A DNA stretch of 64,000 nucleotides from Chrysomallon squamiferum (GCA_012295275.1 CM022665.1:37944001-38008000), one strand, 5' to 3'. Shown: positions 1 through 15,832, counted from the first letter of the stretch. The notes: a model not told the origin generated them from the sequence alone. Made by a program: numbers and translations.

Positions 1-492
1 TAATAATAATAATAATAAATTCAAATATACTTTCTCTGTTTAATTTAATTTCAGCTGAGATACATTACCACTCAGTTAAACCAGAAATTTTTCTTTCCTC
101 ATTTATTTTATTGTATACAATTTGTTTTAATTCTCTTCTATCTTAAATAATAAATTGGTATTTAATGATGCCCCTGAGCACATACTAAAACGTGTATGAT
201 ATGAATGAACTAGATATGTCAAAGCCAGCTTAGTGTCAGTGACTTGATATGCTTAATATTTCTATTTTTGGTATTATGTGACGTGTCTCCGAGTCAGATT
301 CACAAGGGAAAAATAAGAGTCATTGAGAATTTTCATTATTTTCTGTAAGTTGGAAGTTTTGAAAATACATTTTGACCCTTTTCATAATGAAATATCGAAA
401 TCATTTGTTTTTGTTGTTTGTTTTGTTTTGTCCCTTGAGCCACGGAACTGCCCTATTATGTTTTTGGACAGTTCTCATTTAAAAATTAATAA

Positions 493-523
<31 letters not shown>

Positions 524-806
524 AACCAGAGGTTATTACAACCTTAAAAACATCACAATGACACCAAAATGAATAATAATATTAGTGTATTCACGAAAGT
601 GTGTGTGTTTGTGTGTGTGTATATGCACGCACTTATTTTATTTTATTATTTTATAATATTTACTTTTTATTGCACCTTATATATTACCTTAAAATCATCT
701 TTCTTTATTGATTTGTATATTATTGTTTTTCATTTGTATTTTTAAAAATAAAAATCGCGACAGCGATAAAACGAATTACAACAATCGACGACTGTGTAAG
801 TCTTAC

Positions 807-825
807 CAAAACCGTCTGACGCCAT
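807..825 (-). CDS. Possible first coding exon (MASDGF-) of a minus-strand gene continuing towards or beyond the left edge
   Basis: The minus strand reads aaaaatATG GCG TCA GAC GGT TTT G|gtaaga: good start context and a strong donor. It lies in a CpG-enriched patch (~755-1150) with a CCAAT motif (plus-strand attgg near 852) just upstream. No downstream exon was identified. Confidence 0.3.
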
Positions 826-1256
826 ATTTTTAAATCACGTTCTTCACGTTGATTGGTCGGTTGATTTGTGGGTAACGACGAACTAACGCGATTTGACCGT
901 AAAGAGAATTTTGTCGTCACTTTTATGGTTCTAGCGATAAAAACAATGAACCGAAATAAACTTAAATGAAGAATCACGGTAAATATTTCGAGAGAATGAA
1001 GAAGAAGAATGGCTTCTTGCACCTGTTTGTTTTCCGCTTGTCGAAGAAGGTTTTCAAATTGAACTAACCGATTCGCAAGAGAGTCGTGCCGATACTGAAT
1101 TAATTGCTATTACCCTATTTCTGTACGTCTGTTCAACGCCTCTCAAATAAACATCTTCGCTACTCACATCTGGAAAACTTCAGCAACTGACAATGGAATT
1201 CTGTGCAACCTTGTACATGTAGTAATATATTGTTTGGAAAATCTTTCTACTGTTCT

Positions 1257-1652
<396 letters not shown>

Positions 1653-2191
1653 GCAAAAATCAGCAGTATAGTTATGTAATAAGAAAAAATACAGGTATTT
1701 TCTTTTATAACAGAGAGTATGAAACTGTGCATACAAAAAGTGGTTTACAAAGAGTTTTCCCCCAGACCCCTCAGACAGAACAGATCCAAGCTGTAAAAAG
1801 TGTGCATTTCTTTTTAATTTGCATAATTACAAAATGGCCGCCAAATACTATACTAAGAAAATATATATATATTTTAAATTAATTTTCTCTAAACTTCTGA
1901 GAGAATACAAATAATTGTTTATTTTAGCCTAGGATATATATGTATAAAATAATTTTATGAACTGCCAGTAATAAACGCATAATGTGTGAATAACGCAATA
2001 TGAACTCTCACGAGAATTTAAATTAATTATTTTTGTAATGAGATTCGTTAGTGACTTGCAAGAATATTGTTAATGATGGTCATCAGTTTGTGTTTAATTA
2101 TTAAGGAGCTGATTATTCTCCCTTGTTCACCCAGTGGGGAAAACAAAGAAGAAGAAAATAATAATAATAATAAAAATTTATTTTAAATAGA

Positions 2192-2223
<32 letters not shown>

Positions 2224-2328
2224 TATATATATCCATTGAAACAACGTATACTATCAGGAATTTTGTTATTGTTATTTTATAAAATAAAATAAAATAACAA
2301 CAACAGCAAGAGAGTAATGACAAAAACA

Positions 2329-2373
2329 ATGATGATGATGGTAATGATGATGGTAATGATGATGATGATGATG

Positions 2374-2420
<47 letters not shown>
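2329..2420. repeat. (ATG)n-(ATA)n compound microsatellite
   Basis: Directly visible. Confidence 0.95.
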
Positions 2421-2422
<2 letters not shown>

Positions 2423-2971
2423 CAACAAAACAAAGTAATATAATAATAATTATTAGAATAAATTATAAGCAAAACAAACACGGGGGGAAATATGTATTTT
2501 AAAAATTCATTTCTATTATATCAAATAATACTTTATAAAATGCATGGAACTTTAAGATATTTTGCAACAGAAATAACTTTATAACTAAAGTACTAACCTA
2601 TTCCGGCTGAAACGAACGGAGTAAAAAGAAAAATAGCATTATATATATAGGCCCCGTACAAGTGACAGAGTGCAAAGAAACGCTTACGTACATACAAATG
2701 AAACTAAAAAAAAAGCTGATAACTCTGTTAGTCCATCTTGAAATTGAGTTTCTGTGTTGAAATCAGCGCCGGGATACTATTGTAATCAGGGAAGAAGATT
2801 TTTTTTTTGGTTTTGATTCATAGCTTTAAAATTTAATAAATTAAGAACTGATTACTTCTAGAAATCTCATTCAGAGATAAGGAATAATCATTCAAGACGA
2901 GGTTATTCAAGAAAAGGAATAATTCTGTTTTAGGTTTTCTTTCATTCTTTTTCTATATATATGTCCATATT

Positions 2972-3124
<153 letters not shown>

Positions 3125-3697
3125 ATCTTCTAAATATTACTTCTCTTCAAAGTACCAAATTACTGTTATTTCATTAAACTAAATAGTAGTGCTGACAACA
3201 ACAGTAATAAATGTTCAGAAGATTTTTATTGTTTCACAATTTCGAAAGCGGAAATGAAATGAGCAAATAACTAAACTTAATAAATAAGAAAATAATACGA
3301 AAATTTACAACAAAAAAAAAAAAACAAAAACAAAAACAAACAAAAAAAACAACAACAACAACAAACAACAATAAATAAGCAACTAACGAAACATGTTATT
3401 TAACAACACTGTGTCATTATTAACCAGTAATTAAAGAAGTATAAACATTCTTCCGACAGTTTATTTGAACGAATTTTCAAATAAAATCTCAAATTAAATT
3501 ATTTCTAGCACGGTCAATTTTGATGACATATATCCCCTGTGTCTTTCATTTTGACAGTCGAAAAAAAAAAGGTAAAAAAAAAAAAAGAAAAAAGAGAAGA
3601 AAATCTAATATTTTATTCAGCATCTAACTGCGGTTAGGTGAATTATATAAATACGAAAGAAATACACGATAGATGTGCATAAAAAAAATACACAAAC

Positions 3698-3706
3698 ACA
3701 CACACA

Positions 3707-3780
<74 letters not shown>

Positions 3781-3786
3781 ACACAT
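3698..3786. repeat. (CA)n-(GA)n microsatellite
   Basis: Directly visible. Confidence 0.95.
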
Positions 3787-4945
3787 AAACATACATAGGG
3801 ACAGAGACAGACAGAGATAGACAGACGTTAACAAACCTTTTATATTGATGCTAAAGAGGAAACGTCAACATATTAATTTAATTATTAATTTATTATGCTT
3901 TTTACAGTACTATGGCAATATTTACAAACTCTGAATAAACACCTAATGCATTTATCCATCAGATGTTTTACTCTAGATTTTGAATACTATGGAAATGTTT
4001 CCCATCTTCAAGTAAACTTCGAGTATATTAACCCCGCTCTTGATTTAATAAACAATTTTAATATCATAGAAATATTTGCCTAGGTAGAGTTAGTTGTATC
4101 GATCCTGTTCACGAAACTGGGTCAAGCTCTCATTGCAGTCAAATTACAAGAGAATAATTATGGATGAAAAGATCCACAAATAATACATATATTTCATTAA
4201 GCCAGTTTCTAAGATGATGTACGCTGAAAACTGTCATGAATATAACTAATATTCTAGCTGAAACCTTATCAACTGCAGCAGTAAAATTATTTTAGTTCCA
4301 TATGCGACCAGTTGTTACGAATGGTACACGCATTAGAAGGAGTAACGGCTTTTTTCAAAGCTAAAGTTAAATGGGTTTTTAACATTTATAGTATAATAAA
4401 AGTATAAGAAAACAAAACAAACATTGAAAATCTAAATATTTCTGTTTGCTCATATTTCTCTTTGACAGCAGAAAAATAAAATATTTCTTACAGATAAGCG
4501 ATAAGAAGTGTCAAAATAACAGAGACAAGAGACATCGTCTTTGATTTCGTCTTTTCAAAACAAAATAAAAAATTAATACTTATATTTAACAAAAGAATCT
4601 TTCATTCTGTGAAATTTATACGAAGGCGATAAAGCTAGTATTATGTTTATGATAATGTCAACATTTATGGTCACAATGGTGTGTTTTTTTTAATATGTAA
4701 ACGATGATGTTCAGACTAATAACAACGCTGGTCAAAGCCAGTTTTAGTCAACAATGTAAAATCCGCCTTTAGGTGTTGAGCTCAGATGACTGGTCGCTGT
4801 TTTGTTGTCTGTAATCTGGGTTTATGTTAAAGTTTCAGTCACCTTTCTATTTGACCATCTATTGGGGATTTCGTTTTTTTTTTTTTTTTTCATTTTTAGA
4901 TTACCTGTCTTGCTTTCTTCCTGATTAATCACAGATGTAATCCCT

Positions 4946-5154
<209 letters not shown>

Positions 5155-6167
5155 CACACTCACACATTCATTATCAGTCTGTTTCTTATACGTGACAACA
5201 TACTCACTCTCATACTCCCACCTGCTTCTCATTCACACCTGCACGTTTTATACATTCACACACAAACAGTATTCAGTCGCTTAGACACAGACATTACGGA
5301 TATTCTCACTACTTACATACACAGACACGTACGTACGTACAGACAGACAAACAGATATGCACCTAACATACAATACATACGTACAGACCTGTACATATAT
5401 AAATACATACATACATAAATACATACACACCTACATATATATATATATATATACATACATACAGACGTACATACATACACACATACACACACACATGCAT
5501 ACATACAAATACTTAAGACACACACACACACACAACCACACACATTTACATATCCAGTGCTAACGAAAGACCGTCATACAATGAAATGTCTTTACAAATG
5601 TCCTAATCTACAAATATCGATAAAAATGGTCATCAAAAAAGACTAAACAAATGTTGAAGTAAACTAAGCACAAAATGTGTTTCAGTCTCTTTGATCTTCT
5701 TTTCTGCATGTCTTCAAATATTTATTCATATTTTGCTGCAGTGGCCTCCCAGAACGCGTAAATCGACCAAGAGCCAGATGTCGTACGATACTTGTACCCA
5801 GTTTCTCTATTAGTGTTATTAAAATACAGTTATTTCATTACCCCACACTTAAATTTGTCTTGAAGTGCTGAGCCAAATCATAGTGATAAGCGATTGCTGA
5901 TAAATATTGGCTTTCACATGTCACAGCATTTTGTGAATGTTAAATTCATTTGCTGACATCCGCAGTTAGTTATCGACTAAGAACGTTAAGAAGAATTAGT
6001 TGGTGTGTACTGGCAGCGTGGGAGCATTTAGCTGATGATACATGTATTTATTAAAAAAGTTAACATTAACCGTGCGATGTAATAATTGTTTTATGTCACT
6101 TTGGGATATCCGCTGAAGAGTTAGTTATATAATGAGGTGATGAGGTGGGAGTGTTGGTAAATATATA

Positions 6168-6311
<144 letters not shown>

Positions 6312-6936
6312 GAATATATATGTTTATATGTTTGTTATGTTTGTGGATGTGTGTGCAGTGTATTTATGTGTGTATGTGTGTTTAATGGACGGATGGATGG
6401 AGGGATGTATGGATGTATATATGTACGCATTATATATGTATGTATGTCTGTAAAAAAAAAATGTGTGACATTCCTTTATTTTGATGGATGGATTTATGGG
6501 TGTATGTATGTATATATGTATGTATAGTAGGTAAAAAAAACAAAACTTCCTCTATTTTTGATTGATTGATTGATTTATTTATTTTATGTTTATTCGTCTT
6601 AAATAAGGTGCATGGGTTTAACTGCTATTTTTTTAAAAACCCAATAGCTTACAAATAATAATTTAATAAATTAGTAATGGATAACAACAACAATAGTGAA
6701 GAAATAGGAAGAAAGAAAAAACACAGAGAAAGTGCTTGTTTTAATGTTTATTTGCATATGTATATACGTGAATTAGGTGTCAACATATATATATCGGCTG
6801 TTGTATGTGAAGGGCCTATTCGTGTGCAGCTCTGGTTTTCCTTGTAAGGGAAATAACTCAAATGAAAACGCTGAATGTAAAGAATTATCTACCATTGTTT
6901 CCGTGTTTTTATCATTTTTGTTTCTTTAGACTAGAT

Positions 6937-7651
6937 CAGCGTTTCTCAAACTTTTTACCCTTGAGCGACATTTTAAATAAATCACATGTTTCAGGGAACC
7001 CCTGCACAAAACCAAAACATTATACACCATATCTGTCTCATTTTTTTTTTTGTATATATATTTTTTTAATAACAGCTTTAAGGAAAAAATATTATTATTA
7101 TTAATTTTTTTTTTTTTTAGTCCAATTTATTGGTAATGCTAAAGAGAATTCATACAGTTCGCTTATGATACCTCATCACAATTTATCATCTATTTATCCT
7201 ATACTGACAATGTTGAAAAGACATAAGATAAATCAAGGCAAATGTCCTGTGAACCAATGAATGGAGTGAGGAAACGTTACTTTCAGAGCCATTTTATGAA
7301 GTTAAATACAGGTTCAGAGTAAGGATCCCTCATCCAGACATACACCAATGTTGAAAGAGAAGGAAAATAATGTTCAGTTCTGATTTACAGTGGGATTCAA
7401 TAAAACTTGAAGTTTGCTGATATTCCTCTTCACTTTTAAGCCCCAGACGCAGCAGAAACCTCTCAACGTTCGTTTTTGCAACATGGTTTTTCCACAGATT
7501 CAGCTTTCTTTTAAATGCAAGAATTTTATGCTGTGCGTAATATTGGGAATATGAAATTAAATAAAAATAATTCAGAAGTTCATTAACTTATTTCACTCTT
7601 TCTCGTGGAATCCCTAGGTACCTCTTGCGGAACCCAAATTGAGAAACGCTG
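6937..7651. mobile_element. Non-autonomous hAT (Charlie/Buster-like) DNA transposon
   Basis: Perfect 13-bp TIRs cagcgtttctcaa ... ttgagaaacgctg. The 8-bp flanks gactagat / aactagat are 7/8 identical with a central TA, typical of Charlie/Buster TSDs. Confidence 0.85.
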
Positions 7652-9929
7652 AACTAGATCGTAATTATAAATAAACAATTATTTGCGCTGTTAATGCAGA
7701 AATAAAAAAGAAGAAGAAGGAGAAAAATTATATAGAAGAAGAAATATATATTCGAGATTAATTAAGCTAGCCATTATGAACATTTATATACACGTATATA
7801 TAATTCAGTAATTAATGGCTAAAATTATTTACACTGTAAGTTATTTTAATAACATGCATTTGCGAACAGAAGATGATGTCATTAACAGTGTGGAATTTGA
7901 GTACAGGTTGGAAAGGTAAATAAACCAAAGGGTATACCGCGGTGTATTGATCCACCAACTAATGACAGCTAAATAACAGCTGAGCTACGTAAACTTAGAC
8001 AGTAAACAAGTATGACTGCACTTGTCGTAAAACCATCATTTTATTTTTGTATTCATTTTTTTTTCATTATTGATATGATGCATTTAGAAAGAATTAAACA
8101 CCCCCTTGAGACCAACAACTAATTCATTTATCCATTAATAAAATCTTTATAGAAAGCTTTAGAAAAACAAAACAAGATTAGACAAATAAAAGGTAACGAC
8201 AGATAAGAGTTTACGAACGACTCATTATTTTGATTAGAAGACTCTTTGTCAAATAAAAATTGCTAACACATTATGTCAGTGTCTGTAATAATAAAATTAA
8301 TATTTGTAGTGTATGAATAGCGCAGTGTAAATGGGGACAGATCAAGACAGGACTGTTATGGTTTGAAATAATTGTAATCTGGCTTTGAGATCGGTAAGTT
8401 CTGGGATCGTATCTGTGTAATTACACTTATCGTTATCTAAATTAAAAAGCATAAGACCATTTTTTTTTTCTCCTTAATTAATCTTCTAACATACTAGAAT
8501 CGTCATGGGTAAAATAACAAGGCAAAATGTGCTTGAATATTTAATAAATTTATTGATAATTCCGTTTTACATGGTTTGATCGAAACGGATAATTGCTCTC
8601 TGGCACAGCTTTACACCACACTGTGCATTACAAATAAAAAAACCTACACATAAAGAGAGAAAAAATTAATAATAATAATGAATTATAAGCTCAAATATTA
8701 ATGCATAATTTTAGCTAAAAATGTAATGCAACTAATGAATGTCTGATGTAATTATTTATTACTGAAAAATTTTCAAGACACTTAGGTAAGTAACCTTCTT
8801 CTTATTTTAAATATAATCATGAATAGATGACGAATCTGTATCTGTATTAGTTTTATGCTAACATTGTATATTCGCTTTACTTTCATTGTTTACATGTACA
8901 ATTTTTATACGACTTTTTAATTTATAGCACGCAGTCTATCACGTACAAATTCAAGAGAAAAGGTGAAAACAACAAGAACAACAGTAACAAAATAATAATA
9001 AATAATAAAAAATAATAATACCATCACCACCAACCAAGAAGAGATTTTTTTTTTTTTATTATTCATTATTAATTACAAAATTAAATACGATAATAAAAAC
9101 ACCAGCTTTACTTTTATTTTAATTCTAATTCTGTTACGTAAAAAGTCCAGTCAACAACGAGCACTATTTTCAAGATTACGATCAAAAGCCTGTTTCTTTT
9201 AATTCACATCATTAATTTACCAGGTTACCTTTCTAGATATGAGAACAAATGATTAAACCTAAGTCTGCAGAACAATAATTGTTATTAATGAAAGTGTTTG
9301 GTAAACAGCCACGAATGTAGACAAGCCAATAGTTAACAGCGTGACGTCCGTGCTGTGTACATACGAGTGTTGTTTTATTCTCAGTACTCGGACCATTCAT
9401 TTAGCCAACGAACTCATATAATACATGCATATATATATATACATATATATATAATTAATGTCTAAACAAAACACAGACTTGAAGCCATCGTATCAATAAA
9501 AAAAACACCTTTATGGACGTCAGTGTCACTGACCAGATACCGTATAGAGCGGACACAGCTTGACCAGTTATCAAATAAATAACCACTGATTGAAAACAAA
9601 AAAGAAAAGAAAGAAAAGACACGCCGTCGATATAAAAGGAGAATAAAGTCGATATTGAATTCAACAGTACTGTGGTATAAATGGGAGAAAAATAACAGTA
9701 TTGTTAGTAAAATCCAAATTTAACTCCCTTTTGTTCCTTGGCGTTTTCTGATTGTGAAGTCAAGTGTAATAGTTAGTACGGAGATAGGTCACTGTAATTT
9801 GAATTAGTAGAAATGCGGTAAGCTGCTATATGTGTTAGGGTAAATAAGCTGTTTTGTTCTTCTTTTTTTTTTATGTGTCAAGGTAAATAAGTTCGTTAAG
9901 GTAAAGGTAAATTTGGGTCAGAGGTGTAT

Positions 9930-9974
<45 letters not shown>

Positions 9975-10934
9975 TGTGTAGACATACACATACACACACC
10001 CAACGTTTTTAGTGCACGAAAACAATAAGTACTCTATACTCAGAAATTTGTCATTCACTGGTAATCTGTTACTCAAGGCCAGATTTAAGCCTAAGCTAAA
10101 CGCACCGCCGCTAAGGGCCACAGAGTCTGGAAATAACAGATTATCTTTGTATAATTTTGTTTCATATATTTAACGTTTATTTTGATTTATATTTAAATTA
10201 TTAATCATCCTCATTAATAACAATTAATTATAAATTTTGTCAAGTACGATTGCTACAGCGTCTTAATCTCTGACATAAATTATTAGACACTAGCTCTGAA
10301 TCTTCCCATAACTTAAATCTTCGTGCGTGTCTGTTATGTGTGTTCGCGCGAGTACAAAGCTTTGATCAGCTCTACATACGGAAGACAAGTATAGAAAATG
10401 ATAATACTAATAATGCTGCTGCTACTACTACAACTACTACCACAACTAGTACTACTACTACTAATAATAATAATAGTAAAAAAAAAACAAATAATAATAA
10501 TAATAATAATAATGTTATCAGTGTCAAGTGATCACTATTCTGGTATTTTGACTGTTCAGCATATTTTCAAATAATGATTACTTCAGTGTATTAGAGGAAA
10601 CTATGAGAGATTTTTCCGAATTGGGAGGGATTGGAAATAGAATCGTAGCAGTTAATGCGTCTGCTTCACGGTAAGGTACTTATTCACGACTCTTTTCTAA
10701 CACAGAAAGGAAATACGGCTATGATTTACATTTGAATTAAGACAACTCAATTTTTCAGTTTTGATCGTGATAAAAAGGTGTTTGTTATATTCAGGAGAAT
10801 GAAGTCGTGAAATGAACGTAATATCTATCAGTCTTCTACACGCACGGATATTGGAGTCGAACGTGCCATACTTGTTACTTTACGTTTGATTTTGTGTATA
10901 AGTATTAATTTTAGCGAGTAAGAAGAAAAGAAAT

Positions 10935-11396
10935 GAATTTAATTTGCTGAATATCCATGGCTGAAACGTCGGTTCTCAAGACATACACATCTGTTTGATA
11001 AACTTATCAACGCCATTACTATAAACGGAGATAAAAATGTACCATTTTGACAGTAAAACATCGTCACCTTGCTTGAACTAGCTACAACTAATTGATTCAA
11101 ACTCTCTTCATCAGCGCCGTAAGTCCATCATAGACACTTGTAAAAGTTAATTTTCAATTCAGTTATATTTTCTTTTCTTTTTTTTTTTTTGTTCCAAAAG
11201 GTGCAATATGTATGTATATATATACTTCCCAGCTGTCTGCAGGAAGGTGCATACGTAAAAATAAATAAAATAAAATAATTTAATTTGTTGTATATCCATG
11301 GTTGTAACTTTGATCCGTAAGATATGAACCTTTATTTGATAAGCTTATGAACATTATTAACCATAAACGTAGATAAAAATGTACCATCTTTAACAG
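10935..11396 (+). repeat. Diverged ~120-bp direct repeat pair (~10935-11053 and ~11277-11396)
   Basis: Shared ordered blocks aatttaatttg, atatccatgg, tttgataa, ataaacg and agataaaaatgtaccat. Confidence 0.8.
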
Positions 11397-11610
11397 ACAT
11401 TAAAAATTAAAAAAAAAAAAAAAAAAAAAAAAATGTCTTGCTTTTGAAGTATAGACCCTGAATAGCGGTATTGGGTTTATTTTCTCATATAATCATAATA
11501 AGCCTATCCATTCTTCTTCTGTATTATAGTCACATTCATTATTACTAGCAACAGATTATCAGCATATTTATTTCTGATGATTATTCAATACGTACTACAT
11601 TTAACTCCTA

Positions 11611-11653
<43 letters not shown>

Positions 11654-12524
11654 ATGCTATATATTTTACTTACAATACAACAAAGTCTATGACATGCACA
11701 ATTAAGCATATCTAATGCTTCTGATATTATTAGCTTTGAATTATTGTGGACCACTGACTTCAATGGATGGTATGCCTTTTATTTTATTTTTTATTTTTTT
11801 CGACAGTGAGTAACACTACAAAATAAAACATTTTTCTAACTGCTGGACTTGTGAAAAACTGCCCCTGTTAATTTCTACTATGTGTGGGTGCGGAAGTTTG
11901 GAATCTATATACTTTCCGAAACATCTGCAATTGCTATTTTAAAATGCAATAATTACGCGAACAGTCAAATTAACACAATAAATTACTGAACATTTTTCAA
12001 GCAGTAGCACAAATAAATAATCTCTTTATTATAATTTCAAGATAGTAACTGTTAATATATTTTATTTCAAACATATATATTACATCATAAACTAAACATA
12101 ACTAACTCGGGAATAACGCATCAAGTAAAGTTGATTATTTAATTCATACACCACAATTCTTTTGAAAAGAACGTAAACTTTCGTAATTATATTATTTATA
12201 CGTCACAATCCTTTTCAAGAAGACGAAAACGTATGGGCATGATTAATTATTCACAGATTACCATCATCAACATTTGTTTCAAGTTCAATGCAAGTCATAA
12301 AAGTAACACCTCCATGAACATGGCCGCCATTTTATAACGTAGTCTCGATTAGTGAAATCGTATTATGTTAATTCCCTGTCACGCAAGAACTGCCTGGAAA
12401 AAGTCAGCTATGACGCTATGCGACAACGACCGTTGTTCAATAAACAAAGTTAATCGCACAGGCCTTGTTTTCGCAGGTATGTTGTTGGACCGTTTGTGGA
12501 CTGTACCCGAGTTATTTGGGAAGT

Positions 12525-12557
12525 ATGAATGAAGAAAAAGAAACTAACCTGACAAAG
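12525..12557 (+). CDS. Candidate alternative first coding exon of the coiled-coil/CaaX gene (MNEEKETNLTK)
   Basis: ATG at 12525, 11 codons, then AAG|gtaaat in phase 0. This is in frame with the stop-free acceptor at 21904. A YY1-like gccgccattttt motif lies ~200 bp upstream. Confidence 0.35.
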
Positions 12558-13046
12558 GTAAATAATCAAATTAGTATGGTGCTATTAAATTATTATTTTG
12601 TACTGTTGTATATTTTAATTATTATTATATATATATAAAATATTATATTTAAAAATTACTCGAATTAACGATCGCACTGCGCTTCACGCTTTTTTCCAAT
12701 ATTACACTGTGTTTTATCGATGTCGCGAGAAAGACTGGGTATTGGGTGGATTGGTGTTAGGATATGTAGCAGTATTAATTTGTTAAATGGTATTCCATGT
12801 TTAGAATTTGATGACGGTATTGGTGTCAGTACTGTTACACATGCGTTTTATAACTGAATTAGATTTGAAGTATTATTAATTAGGAAAATCAATTTTTTTT
12901 ATATATTTCACATTTGTATCTATATCTCTTGGTTACATTTAATCATTGCTTAACAACAACGAAAATAACGAAATAAGAAGAAAAAAGAATAGAGAATTTT
13001 TTTTTTTTAAATAATATTTTTAATAATTTCTAATTTTATTTTTATT

Positions 13047-13131
<85 letters not shown>

Positions 13132-14130
13132 TTTTATTTTATTTTATTTATTTTCCATCTTGTAGGAAATATTAATTTTAAGGGTAACTAATGAACATGA
13201 AATCAAAATATTTATGTCTGTCAATTTACTAAGAAACACCTGCAATTACAAGCCAAGCCAAGAAGGCTCTGATCCTATCCACCCGAATATGAAGCTACAT
13301 TAAATTCTATATGTATATATTATAAACTAGTGTGTCTATGTGTGTGCGTGGGTGCGCGCCTTTGTGTATAATGAAATGATGTTGAAAATATTTCGATTGG
13401 CATTTTAACAGGTCAGTCGATCAAATGTATATCCTAATACATTATTCTGTCTGGTTTTTTAGATAAATAAGCAAAACAAATATGATGTAGTGTGTTTTTA
13501 GGGAGTGCTTTTTAAATATTTATATGAGGTACATTTACGCCTTGGTACTCATGCACGCACGCACACACGCACACACACATACAAACACACAGAGACACAC
13601 ACAATAATGCATAAATATATTTAAGCCTACCTTTTCATGCATACAAATTATTATATGACTGTTTTAAAATTACTTAATTTATGCTCTGGTGTTGAATTTT
13701 TTTAAAGGTCACATTTCAAGTTTCATTTTAAGCTTTAGAAACAACCTTTTACACCATAATAATCGAAATACATAAAACGTTAATGTAACTTCATGTTTAA
13801 TTTGAGATATTCTCTAATAACCATCATTACAAATTATAATTTTGATTCACTTGTCTTTCATTCTGTTTAAAACTGATGACATATAGTAATGGAATAAATT
13901 CATAGGATGTTATAAATTATTAAATTAACTCTTTCGATCGTCCGATTTTTCATTTCCGTCGATCTTTTGTCAATATATTCAATATGGCGAGAAATCGGAG
14001 ACTGAAGGTAACAACGTGGAAAATAAATTTGATATCTTTGAACATTTGCATTGTTTCCCAGATTGAATAGAGTTAGTTTGTGAGTGTGTGTGTATGTATA
14101 CACCACTCTCTCTCTTTATGTGTATATGCA

Positions 14131-14185
<55 letters not shown>

Positions 14186-15770
14186 TTACATACATAGAAA
14201 TATATATACATACATACGTACACATACATATGAATACCCGTCTGCTTGAATGTCCCTGTGTATTTTATTTTAGTTTTCGAACTCTTCATATTACAATGGT
14301 TTTCATTATCACATTCGTATCATGTTTACCTCGAGAGTACCAGAGTTGGGTTACTGGCTTTAGAAAGAACAGTGAAAACAGCTTTTCTACGACCGAACAC
14401 CGTTATCCTAGATACACAAACGTCAGAGGACAAACAAAAAAGTAAGTTTATCAACAGAGCGCGTATAAACAATAAGAAGGATGCCGTTTCTCTGGGTTTG
14501 ACATCCAAGCTGTTCCTGGATATGTTTGTTTGTGTACAAACGTGTGCTGTAATGTTGCTATGCGTTATTGACTTGCTCAACATGGCACATACAAAGCTTG
14601 CTATTCATTTAGTACACATTGATTTGGTCTCAGGGCAGCTTTGGAACCTAACAGTTTTCCTTTTTTTGTTATCAGAAAAGAAAAATCTGAAAGAGATCAC
14701 GATGCAGGATTTTGAAATGTTTCATCATTACCGTCATTATTTTTATCATCGTCATTATCACCATCATGATTACTGTTATCTTTATCACCATGATTACTAT
14801 TATCATCATCATCACATCGTCGTTGTCGTCGTTGACGTCCTCATCATCGTCGTATTATCATTATCACTCTTATTGTTACTATTAATGGAGTTTTGTCATA
14901 CCGAGAAACCTTCTTTTGTTGACATACGCAGTTTTACTGAAATTTAAAACTGTCGCGTCTAACTATAGCTTTACTGCACGATACAATATATGACAGGTTT
15001 TAAATAATATATCATCGGATTCGAAGTTTTACATACAAATTACATTTTCAGTTGAGGAAGACCTGTCATTCGACATTTTTAAACGTGGAGGAACGAGGCG
15101 ATTTTTGTTATATTACAGAAATAATTGATGACCAATTACATTATACAGCATTTCAGACAAATCTGGAATGGGATATTAAGTAAGTCGCGCGAATACACAC
15201 GTATTGTCTACTGTATTTGATCCATGACCTACATCAGCTTCATGAAAATAAAAGAAGAATGACTTTAATTACGTTGTGACAAGCATAATTATGATATTTA
15301 TGCCGTTTGGTTAACAAAGCAATTGACCGCCATTGCTAGATCAATTGATACTGAATAGTAATAATTCTGACATTAGCATTTTTTAACTATTGCAAGAACG
15401 TAATATGTCACGGACTCATTGATAGCTGTAATTGTGAAGTGAAAAAACCCACACAAAATCTATGTAACATTATTTCTATTTTTTTATTTATTTATCTGGA
15501 ATTACAAAATTTGATTCAGTTGTTATTTCGGGAATAAAATCTACAACAGAAATGCATTAAGTGATGCTTATTATAGGGTTTTATTATTTATGTTTCGAAC
15601 AGTTACCGCTTCCAATACAAACACTACATTAATGATTATTGTAACTTTGACGTTGTTTTTTTTTGTTGATAATTATGACGAGTTCGGAAAGGTTCTCGGT
15701 ATTGTATGAGTGTAAAGACTGACATTTTGTTATTTGTAAAATTAAACAGCATGGTTGTTTAATAATAAAC

Positions 15771-15832
<62 letters not shown>

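Noticed and set aside
14246-14947. Longest ORF in the track (233 aa) with a His-rich stretch
   Set aside because: It runs through a gtaagt donor into a degenerate (CAT)n/(CGT)n repeat, has a non-ATG start, and shows no recognisable domain.
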